The notes beneath the pieces were generated by a model. That model searched no databases. It was not told the DNA's origin and was given only the letters and a program-made list of their open reading frames with translations. From a bacterium (lineage in GTDB: Bacteria > UBP15 > UBA6099 > JAJRTR01): a stretch of 49,097 nucleotides of DNA. Position 1 is the stretch's first letter, and every line of letters begins with the position of its first letter. Shown here one piece after another: positions 31,683 through 40,903 of the stretch. Where the stretch lies: contig JAJRTR010000103.1 of the NCBI GenBank assembly GCA_024278215.1, positions 1 through 49,097 of the forward strand. Reading direction: 5' to 3'. The translations under genes were made by a program, and so were the position numbers.

Positions 31683-33263
31683 ATGATACTGGGTTATGTA
31701 AGGATAGGACTCGAAGTACTTATAGCATTTGGGATCGTGATATTTTTCCATGAATTCGGCCATTTTCTACTTGCGAAGCTCAACGGGGTGGCGGTCCCTG
31801 AATTTGCCATCGGCATGGGGCCGGAAATAGCAGGCTATGATTACAAAGGCACACGCTACAAACTCTGCCTGTTCCCGATCGGCGGCTATTGCCGGATGGT
31901 CGGCGAAGAGGAAGACGAAGAACTCGAATCAACGGTGCCGAGGGAACATAATTTCAGGTATAAAAGACCAATACAGAAGATATCGATTGTGTTTGCCGGG
32001 CCGTTTCTGAACTTTATACTCGCGATCCTTCTTTTCGCTATGATACTGATGATCTGGGGCGCCGCACAGACACCGTCGCTGGAAGATGTGCCGCTCAAGG
32101 TAACTGTCAGTTCGGTCAGCGACGGCTATCCCGCGAAAGCCGGCGGCATGCAGGGCGGCGACATAATCGTGGCGGTCAATGGCGAGACTCCCGCCGACAC
32201 TCAAAACGTCATAGACACAATAAAAGAAAATCCGGGCAAGGCCGTGCAGTTCACTATCCTGCGCGACGGCACGGAGAAAACGCTCGAAATCACTCCGCAG
32301 AAAACTGATAACACCGGCTACGGGCTGATCGGGGCCTATCTTTCAGACTCCATCAACTACCTTTTCGACACTGTGACACTCGCGTTTCTGGACCCCCGCA
32401 GAGAAGGCGCGAGAGCAGGCCTGAAAATGGATGATACCATTATCAGCGTCAACGGACAGGCCGCAACGGGGGTAGCTCAGGTCGGGCGTATTATCTGCGC
32501 CAACCCCGACCGCGAGATACCGATTGTCGTGAAGCGCGGCGGTGTGCAAAAGACGATACACGTGACACCGAAAATGAATAGTGTGACAAATTGCGGCGAA
32601 GTCGGCGCAATGTTCTCACCGCCCTCACCCCGCCTTGTCGAGGAAGTCGCCGCGGGTTCGCCTGCCGCGAAAGCCGGCCTCACAGCAGGCGACATCATAC
32701 TCGATTTCGACAACGACAACTTCTCCGGGCAGGACTATCTGCTTCCTTCCACGACAATATCGCTCAGTGTTTTCAGAAAAAACAAAGGCAAACTCGACCT
32801 GACCGTAACAGGCGCGAAAGGTGCGCCGCTGGGCGTGCGGCTCCAGCCGCTGCACAAGCGTCTCGGCCTCTTCGCGGCGCTGGCCGAAGGCACGCGAAAA
32901 AGCTGGCAGACTGTCGAACTTATAGGCATATCGCTGTACAAGATGGCGCGCCGCGAAGTGTCTGCAAACGATGTCGCCGGCCCTGTAGGCATCATCCAGA
33001 TCGCATCCTCCTTCGCACGCTCCGGCCTGCGCGAGCTGATAGGCTTCTTCGCCACAATCAGCGTCTGCCTCGGCATGATGAACCTGCTGCCCTTCCCCGC
33101 GCTCGACGGCTCAAGAATCGTGTTCCATATCTGGGAAGCCATCATCAGGCGACCGCTCGACCCCCACCGCGAAAACATGATTCATTACGTGGGATTCTGC
33201 ATTCTGATCGCACTGATCCTTTTCATCACATACCGCGACCTGCGCATGTTGTTCGGCATCTGA
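31683..33263 (+). CDS. rseP: RIP metalloprotease RseP (M50) with multiple PDZ domains
   Basis: HEFGH, FAIGMG, PIGGY, AGP..NF, NLLPFPALDG; three PDZ-like repeats. Confidence 0.92.
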   Translation: MILGYVRIGLEVLIAFGIVIFFHEFGHFLLAKLNGVAVPEFAIGMGPEIAGYDYKGTRYKLCLFPIGGYCRMVGEEEDEELESTVPREHNFRYKRPIQKISIVFAGPFLNFILAILLFAMILMIWGAAQTPSLEDVPLKVTVSSVSDGYPAKAGGMQGGDIIVAVNGETPADTQNVIDTIKENPGKAVQFTILRDGTEKTLEITPQKTDNTGYGLIGAYLSDSINYLFDTVTLAFLDPRREGARAGLKMDDTIISVNGQAATGVAQVGRIICANPDREIPIVVKRGGVQKTIHVTPKMNSVTNCGEVGAMFSPPSPRLVEEVAAGSPAAKAGLTAGDIILDFDNDNFSGQDYLLPSTTISLSVFRKNKGKLDLTVTGAKGAPLGVRLQPLHKRLGLFAALAEGTRKSWQTVELIGISLYKMARREVSANDVAGPVGIIQIASSFARSGLRELIGFFATISVCLGMMNLLPFPALDGSRIVFHIWEAIIRRPLDPHRENMIHYVGFCILIALILFITYRDLRMLFGI

Positions 33264-33285
33264 ATCGTTACTGAAGTGTGGAAAT

Positions 33286-34863
33286 ATGGAAACACGAAGT
33301 GAAAAGATAGTAGTTCTCGGATTCGACGGTGCCGATTATTTCCTGATGAAACAACTTATGGAAGCCGGTGCGCTGCCCAACTTCTCGCGGCTCGCGGCAA
33401 AAGGGGTTTTCGCACCTCTGCGCTCCACCATTCCTCATCACTCCGGTCCTGCGTGGACGACATTCGCCACAGGTGCTCATCCCGGCACAACAGGTATTTT
33501 CAGTTTCTTCCTCCCGCCGGAATCCTATTCCCAGAAACCGGCGTTTTCCACGGATATAAAAGTACCCTCCTTCTGGGACATCGCGAGTCTGGCCGGTGTG
33601 AGATGCGGGGTTCTGGGGGTGCCGCTTACACATCCGCCGCAACCTGTCAACGGCATCATGGTTTCAGGCTATCCGGCAAGGGACGAAAGCGAAGCATACC
33701 CCGAAAATGCACATAAAAAAATATACGACGAGACACCGGCGGAAGCGCCCATGACAAAAACCGTATTCGACGCGGCCGAGTGGATACGGTTTCTCTATAT
33801 GAAAGACATACGGCGGGCTAGGCTGATACCCAGGCTCATGAAGGAATTCGATTTGCAGATACTCACCGCCGTATTCGAGATGACCGACCAGGTACAACAC
33901 TACTACTGGCACGATTTCGACCTGCAACACCCGAACCACGACCCAGACACACCGCACGAGATTCAGGAATTCATACCGAGAACCTATATGACGGCCGATG
34001 CGCTCACCGGCAGGATTATGGACGAAGTCGGCGAAGACGCCAATTACTTCATCGTTTCGGACCACGGTTTCGGCCCCATGGATAAGGTGTACAACATCCT
34101 GTTCGCGTTCCAGAATATCGGCCTCTTGAAAGTTAAAGACCCCACGGCACTTAACGAAGCGCTCTCGAAAGGCTCCAACGACATGAACGACCTGCTCGAC
34201 ATCGAGCACAGCTTTGTTTATTTCACTCACATGGGCCTCACATTCGCAACCGGCATCAATTTGAATCTCGCGGGCCGTGAACCCCGCGGGATCGTACCGC
34301 CGGGCGACGGCGAAAAGCTGCTGACAAACATTAAAACACTTCTGGAAGCGGAGATCGACCCCGAAACCGGCGCGCATGTTTTTACTCAAGTCTCACATAA
34401 AGAAGAAATATACAGCGGCCCGTGCCTCGACAACGCGCCGGACCTGCTTGCCCTCAGCAACTATAAAATAGTCACAACCCCCACTTGCAATGCAAAATTC
34501 AACAGCATCAAAGTACCCGCTTTCGGCGAATCCAGGAACCATTTGAACTGGACCGGTACACACCGTGTCAACGGAGTCTTCATCGCCGCCGGCCCCTCGA
34601 TCGGTAAATGCAACAATGAGATCAAGCCTTCCATCGCCGATGTCGCACCTACCATACTGAAAATCGCCGGTATAAAAAAACCGGATTACATGGACGGCTC
34701 TATTATCCACATTCTGAAAAATTCCGTGATCAACTATCCTGCCGTATATGTAGCACCCGGTAAATATGTCGAAGATGCAGACTCCTGTCACCCCGCCCCA
34801 CCACTCACTGAAGAAGACAAACAAAATGCAATCGACAGACTCAGGGGCATGGGTTATATCTGA
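33286..34863 (+). CDS. Alkaline phosphatase superfamily protein (type I phosphodiesterase/nucleotide pyrophosphatase)
   Basis: VLGFDGA, STIP..SGPAWTTFATG, DQVQH, VSDHGFG, GTH..NG, DVAPTIL, C-terminal RLRGMGYI. Confidence 0.9.
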   Translation: METRSEKIVVLGFDGADYFLMKQLMEAGALPNFSRLAAKGVFAPLRSTIPHHSGPAWTTFATGAHPGTTGIFSFFLPPESYSQKPAFSTDIKVPSFWDIASLAGVRCGVLGVPLTHPPQPVNGIMVSGYPARDESEAYPENAHKKIYDETPAEAPMTKTVFDAAEWIRFLYMKDIRRARLIPRLMKEFDLQILTAVFEMTDQVQHYYWHDFDLQHPNHDPDTPHEIQEFIPRTYMTADALTGRIMDEVGEDANYFIVSDHGFGPMDKVYNILFAFQNIGLLKVKDPTALNEALSKGSNDMNDLLDIEHSFVYFTHMGLTFATGINLNLAGREPRGIVPPGDGEKLLTNIKTLLEAEIDPETGAHVFTQVSHKEEIYSGPCLDNAPDLLALSNYKIVTTPTCNAKFNSIKVPAFGESRNHLNWTGTHRVNGVFIAAGPSIGKCNNEIKPSIADVAPTILKIAGIKKPDYMDGSIIHILKNSVINYPAVYVAPGKYVEDADSCHPAPPLTEEDKQNAIDRLRGMGYI

Positions 34864-37400
34864 TTATTTTCATCAGATAGCCTTGCTCTACAAGTTCTTC
34901 AGGGTCTCCCTTCCGAAGCAAGTTGTTCATTTTTTGTATAGCCTTTTCTCATTCAACCCCACAATACACGTCGTCAATTTCAACTGAATATGCGGACTCA
35001 GACTGCCACCGATTTGAATAATACTTCCATTACAACATACACTTCTACCCTTTTCGATACTATTGCTATATTAGTGCTTTTTAAATCTCATTTCCAAACA
35101 TTTCATCAAAACATATTGCTTTCGGCTTTCAGTGTTTCTCCCATTTGTTTGCGAATACCCTAATTGGTAAATGTCCGTTTCTATAACTCTGCATTTATCA
35201 TTTATCTTTATTCATCACAAAATGTGTAACCAGCTTTCTATGCAACCACAACTCTCAGATCAGCCTCAATTCACTGTGTAAAACTTGATATTATTACATG
35301 TAGCACCATTTAATGTTCTTAAGAATTGTATTTGAGATTGCTCGCCGGCGCTTAAAGTGTATATCAGTCACTTACGTTGATTGGAATCCATTAAAAATAT
35401 CAATTATTCAGTATATAAATGCAAAAAATGCGAATTCTTTACTAAACTATCAGCAGTTGTGTATAAAATTTCGTTTGTAGAATTTACAATCTCCGGGTTT
35501 ATGTCCCCACTACACCTAGTGATATGCCCGCATTCGTTTCAACATCGCGAATATCTACATTCAGTTCAAATACAGACACACTTTTCTCAATCACAGCATA
35601 ACATGTAATTACTTATATATCCCGTATACTTCACCTTAAAATATTTCGCGTTAGATACTAAGAAACACTATTCATTATCAGCTATTTAGTCGTTTCGGGA
35701 AAATGGCCGGTATGCATATTGCTATTACTGCTATATATCGCATTTCTGTATATTCCTTCTTACAGCATTATTTTACTTATAGCTATTAGTTAATATAATC
35801 TTCAAATACAATATAGATTAAATATATTTGCAGTCAATATATTTATTATAATCTTCTTGCATACTCATCAAATTTCAATTACTGATAACCAATAATTACT
35901 ATATTGATATTTGCTCGTGGTTCTGCGATTATCATGCAGTATTTTTTCCTATGATATCATTCCTGTAACCATCAATGAAGTAATTTTTCTCTAATTATCT
36001 ATTGTATTTGATGACGCCTATATACATGCGTTATCCCAGCATGACCAATTGCAACTATCCCAGGTGACAACTACATTATACTCGATAAATGTGCATAGTT
36101 ATTGCTTCCTTATAAGCAATAAATGTGTAATCTGTTTTATCAAAGTATATTTACGCGATAATATACATAATAATATACTCGATTACAAATGTGAGCGATA
36201 TTTGTTTTTTGATTCCTTACATACTATTTCTATTTATCATTAGTTGGTTTTATATATTGCATAGTTGCCAATATTGGATATTAATAATTATAATTTCTAA
36301 AAATGTATTTTTCTATTATCACTCGTATACATAAATAATCATGGCAATATCATTATAGTATCATCTCTGAAATGTATGTTGTGCATTTGTTTTAATCTAA
36401 ACTACTATGCCGGCATCTCAATGTCATATATATTCTTCCAAAACTTATACATTTCTGTGATATTTCCATAATACTTATCAATGTTATATATATTTTTAGC
36501 GGAATGGCATGTATTATTCGAATATATTTTCCGTCGTATATTTATCAATTATCACATATGGAATAATAGAATTAATTAATAATATCACCAATACCGTTAT
36601 ATGCGATTTTTGTAATATTGTGCTATTCCTGATAATATTTGACAAATTATCGTAATTTTGTAATAGCAATCATTATTGTAATATCCGAAATAAATATTGA
36701 CAATACTATATCCAGACAAAAGATGCTACGAATGAGTAACCTATAATGATATTATTGCTTAATACAAGCATCACATAGTATTTAATGAACAATAAGTGAA
36801 GCATAATAATATATAAATAGAATAATAGTGCTGTCAAGTATCTAAGGTGCAATTCTACACTGAGCTAATGTAGTACCAGATATTACGCTAAAAATGTACA
36901 AGTATTTTGATATTCATGCTTATATTTGCAATATTTATATTTCGCAATTTACAATGATGCTATAATGAATATTGAAATACGATTCATCATTACATTATCC
37001 ATTACCTAGTCGTGCTATAATTCCACTATATGTTATTATAGCACGATTATTGAAAATGAGTTAATACTGGATGACATCTCCGTTTATGTCTTTTTGTATT
37101 CATATATGTTATATGGCCCACAATATTATACTAGACAACTAATTATAGAGGAATGCTCTCACACCACATCAACTATGATAGATGCATTGATTAGATGTAT
37201 TACCTCACATGCTACATATAAAATATATTCACATGAATTCAATTTAGAAATGTTCCATGCAAGGAGATCTTCATGCGTATCAGGCAGTTTTATATGATCC
37301 TGGTTTTTACTAACAATATGTGGTACATTCTTAGAAATATACCTGACACTGTCAACATACATATATTGTATTAAATGAGGTATACACATAACTCAACCAA
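34864..37400. other. Very AT-rich ORF-less region, possibly a decayed gene
   Basis: Sample lines 35761-35820 and 36241-36300 have 11/60 and 12/60 G+C; no ORF longer than ~76 codons lies wholly inside it. Confidence 0.7.
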
Positions 37401-37464
37401 CATAAAAGGTGAACTGTGCAATATCTTCATTGGATTCCCGCCTAAAAGTGGGAAAATGGCAGAA

Positions 37465-37669
37465 TAACCCGCATATTTCACAAATGCGAGTGAAAACCGG
37501 AAGAATATCCATAATACAAGGCGCGGCAAGTGAGTGGTGATGGAGCCAGCCGGCCAGCCGGCCTCTTGCGCAAAATACAGGTATGTGACAGATCCCGAAT
37601 CGCCGCCGTAACGCAGTAGAATGGGGATTCTCACGGTTTTCCGGATTTCTTTGTGAGAGATCCGGTTTA
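37465..37669 (+). mobile_element. MITE family B, copy 2
   Basis: TA-ACCCGCATATTTCACAAATGCG...TGTGAGAGATCCGGTT-TA; same body as copy 1. Confidence 0.85.
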
Positions 37670-37988
37670 AATACAAGACAGCTTAAAATATATAATTCAC
37701 GTGAAGACGGAAATCCATTTTAAACCAGGCTGAGTCCAGTATGTCAATACAAAGTTGACGCGACAATATAGCAAGATAATATATATAACGGAAGGACGCA
37801 GAAGTTGACATGTGTATGATTCGGTATACAATAATATTTCAAGCACCATGGCGGTGCCCGTTGACAACTACTTGAAATTGAAATGCAAATACAAAATACA
37901 TGTAGATACGCACAACATAGCAATTAGTGGGCATCATGGTGCTATGCAGTGCTATAGCCTATATTCTATATATATGCACATACTACTG

Positions 37989-38167
37989 GAGCCAATTGCA
38001 AAATTATGTTCGTAGCGAGGTCGAACGAAATTTTTCAGAAGCAAGGTGGAGGTGCAAAATCCCCGCATGCATACTCGCCGGTTACGTTGAGGATGATTTT
38101 GTACCGACAACGCAGCTACGGACAATTGCAGCCGACCGCCGCAGAATCAGAATTTTGCAATTGGTTC
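37989..38167 (+). mobile_element. MITE family A, copy
   Basis: GAGCCAATTGCAAAATTATG...CAGAATTTTGCAATTGGTTC; TACTG duplicated on both flanks. Confidence 0.9.
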
Positions 38168-38348
38168 TACTGGGATTATCACGGACAGAAAAAGACCCTA
38201 ATCGAAAGAGAAGGCAGCAGAATTGGGGACAGACTTAGAATTATGCACAGAGCGGAAGTGCAAGGGGCAGGACGTGAAGTAAAAATTTGAGAGTAGTTTA
38301 TTGGTTCGGAATAGTTTTGTTCACGTCAGCTATTTGATGCCTGTTGTT

Positions 38349-38386
38349 TTTCGAACTCTCTACAAACATAATTTTTCAATTGGCTC
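38349..38386 (-). repeat. MITE family A, truncated left end
   Basis: Reverse complement reads GAGCCAATTGAAAAATTATGTTTGTAGAGAGTTCGAA. Confidence 0.7.
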
Positions 38387-38508
38387 TTTAGTAAACAGCC
38401 GTCCCCCACCCTCCTCTGGGACATCTGAAACCGGGTTGCAAATTTCAGCCATGTTCCCGGGATTCCGCGACTTCATTTCAGGTTGCTGAAGTATTGCGCT
38501 GTTTCCTG

Positions 38509-39963
38509 TTATCCTTTTTTTCGTTTCTTCTTCTTTTTAAGTTTTTCGATGTTTTTCCCAGGAGACTTTTTCTTCTCATTCCTCTTTTTTCCGGGTTGTA
38601 ATATTGAATCTTCTTTTTTCCGGGGGCGCGGTCCGGCAAATTTCAGTTCGAGTGTGACACCACTCAGATTGAATATTGCCCTGATCCTGTTCTCGATAAG
38701 TCTTTTGTAATTCCGGTCGAACAATTCAGGATCGTTCGCGCGGATCACAATACGGGGCGGGTTCGTACTGTCATGAATAACATCGAGGATTTCACCGACC
38801 CTGCCTTTCCTGGCTGCCGGTGAGTACAGAGTCCGTGTATCGTAGATAACATTTTTCAGCAGTTCCAGAGGCAGCAATTCGTTCTGTCTACGGTGAACAT
38901 CGACAATATTGTCCAGCAGTGCATCCATGCCGGACCTCTCCAGCGCGGAAACAAAAAGTATCGGTTTGCTTTTCAGAAACGGCGCGTTGAGAAAAAAATT
39001 ATCGAGAAAATAGTCGTAATCGGGATTATCGATGAGGTCCATTTTATTTACAGCAATGAGAAGCCCCTTCTTATTTGTGATAACAGCGTCGGCGATACGT
39101 TTCTCCCCCTCGAGCAGGCCGTCTTCCGCGTCGACAACAAGCACCGCGAGGTCTGAATCCTCGATGGACCTTTTCGCCCTTGTATAGCCATAATACTCCA
39201 TATTATCCATTTTAGTTTTTTTGCGTTTCACGCCGGCGGTGTCGACGATAATGAAGCGGCGGCCATCGTGAGTAAAGTCTGCGTCCACCATATCGCGAGT
39301 GGTGCCGGGCACGGAAGAAACAACGCATCGTTCCTGTCCGAGAATAGCGTTGGTGATGGATGATTTGCCGACATTCGGGCGACCGACAATGCAGAAACGG
39401 ATCGGTGGTTCCGTAAAGTATTCGGGCTCGAACTCGGGCAGTATTGTCGCGAGCCGTTCTGTGAGTTCGTGGATGTTGCTTCCATGAAGGGCAGAAATCA
39501 TGATGGGATCACCGAGCCCGAGCCCCGCCAGTTCGAGCGCTGTATTCTCGTCGCGGCGACCGTCCGCCTTGTTTGCGACCATGACAACAGGCTTACCGCT
39601 TCGCCTGAGCTTTTCGGCGACAAAAATATCTTCGTGCAGCATTCCGGCCTGCGCGTCCGCCACAAAGACGACTATCGACGCGCTGTTGATGGAAAGCATG
39701 ATCTGTTTTTCGACACCTGCCTCGATCTCGTCGCGGCCCATGTCATAGGTCAGCCCGCCCGTGTCCACAATCTGACAGGGCATCCCCTCGATCCGGCAAC
39801 GCGCGAATATTCTGTCGCGTGTCACTCCCGGCATATCGTCGACAATCGCCACACGCCGTTTCAGCAAGCGATTAAAAAGTGTGGATTTCCCCACATTCGG
39901 CCTGCCGACGATTGTTATCAACGGTATTGCGCTTTTCGTTTCTGTTTGTTTCTGTTTTCCCAT
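38509..39963 (-). CDS. der: Ribosome biogenesis GTPase Der (EngA) with Lys-rich tail
   Basis: Two GRPNVGKS G1 motifs, GVTRD/GTTRD, DTGG/DTAG, NKAD/NKMD; start placed at ATG 39963. Confidence 0.94.
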   Translation of the reverse strand: MGKQKQTETKSAIPLITIVGRPNVGKSTLFNRLLKRRVAIVDDMPGVTRDRIFARCRIEGMPCQIVDTGGLTYDMGRDEIEAGVEKQIMLSINSASIVVFVADAQAGMLHEDIFVAEKLRRSGKPVVMVANKADGRRDENTALELAGLGLGDPIMISALHGSNIHELTERLATILPEFEPEYFTEPPIRFCIVGRPNVGKSSITNAILGQERCVVSSVPGTTRDMVDADFTHDGRRFIIVDTAGVKRKKTKMDNMEYYGYTRAKRSIEDSDLAVLVVDAEDGLLEGEKRIADAVITNKKGLLIAVNKMDLIDNPDYDYFLDNFFLNAPFLKSKPILFVSALERSGMDALLDNIVDVHRRQNELLPLELLKNVIYDTRTLYSPAARKGRVGEILDVIHDSTNPPRIVIRANDPELFDRNYKRLIENRIRAIFNLSGVTLELKFAGPRPRKKEDSILQPGKKRNEKKKSPGKNIEKLKKKKKRKKG

Positions 39964-40077
39964 CGTTTCAGCTCCGTTTGTGACATTTCGCACGCATCGC
40001 ACGCCGCCGCCTATAAATTTTATAGTACGGGGTCTATAATTAAAACATATACAGCCTTTATTGAAGAAAACCGTGAT

Positions 40078-40410
40078 ATGAAATTCCTGGAAAACATCGA
40101 AAATGTCGAATTTATCGAAGAGGAGATCACCCATTTCGTCAGCGGGCCTTATGGCTATTACGCTATCATCAGAAGCGGAATGCGGATCGACATTACCGCT
40201 GTTTTTACGATCCAGCCGCCAATAGATGATTTCGATACTTACTACTCGTTCCTGTTTGTGGAATCACTGCATGATTTTTTCCTTTTCAGGCAGCTTGTTT
40301 GTGAAAACAAACCAGGTGCGTGGGAAGTATATCTGAGACTGGAAGTTGCGGAACGGAACGGTTTTTTCGCACAGGCACAGGATTACTTCAACCGGATAAA
40401 AGCCGATTAA
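40078..40410 (+). CDS. Hypothetical protein (110 aa)
   Basis: 3' part of ORF 39469..40410 that does not overlap der; globular-looking composition; no recognised motif. Confidence 0.5.
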   Translation: MKFLENIENVEFIEEEITHFVSGPYGYYAIIRSGMRIDITAVFTIQPPIDDFDTYYSFLFVESLHDFFLFRQLVCENKPGAWEVYLRLEVAERNGFFAQAQDYFNRIKAD

Positions 40411-40416
40411 GTTGTT

Positions 40417-40520
40417 TAGCCCCAATACCGTTTACTTAAGAGGGTATGGGTATCAATATTCGCAATAAATACAGGCTTTTTTGCGTATCATTGTTGTTAA
40501 AGCAAACGGTATTGGGTTTA
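40417..40520. mobile_element. MITE-like family C (~104 bp)
   Basis: Left end TAGCCCCAATACCGTTTACTTAAG; reverse complement of right end TAAACCCAATACCGTTTGCTTTAA; TA at both ends. Confidence 0.7.
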
Positions 40521-40718
40521 GCCCGGCACAAAGAGAAATCCGGAAAATCGCGATAACACCTATTCTACTGCGTTGCGGCGGCGATTCGGGATCGGTCACA
40601 TACCGCATTTTGAGCAAGAGGCCGGCTGGCCGGCGGCTCCCTCACCACTCACTTGCCGCGCCTTGTATTACAGGCATTCTCCCGATTTTTAGCCCGCATT
40701 GGTGAAATATGCGCGTTA
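40519..40718 (-). mobile_element. MITE family B, copy 3 (reverse orientation)
   Basis: Reverse complement of 37465-37669, with TA-bounded ends. Confidence 0.85.
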
Positions 40719-40771
40719 GTATCAATACCGGTCACTTAAGGCGCTAAAAATCATAATTTTGCAATTGGCTC
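40719..40771 (+). repeat. Solo family C end followed by solo family A right TIR
   Basis: GTATCAATACCGGTCACTTAAGG, then AATCATAATTTTGCAATTGGCTC. Confidence 0.7.
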
Positions 40772-40903
40772 TTCTGTTCTAATCACCCATTAATGTCGCA
40801 CACAGGTGATATACTTATTTGAGATGTCAGCAATTAACGATAAATGTCGGAGATTCTTTTGCAGGGACACTCTGTGAAGAAAATTTATATCTGGAGGAAG
40901 AAA

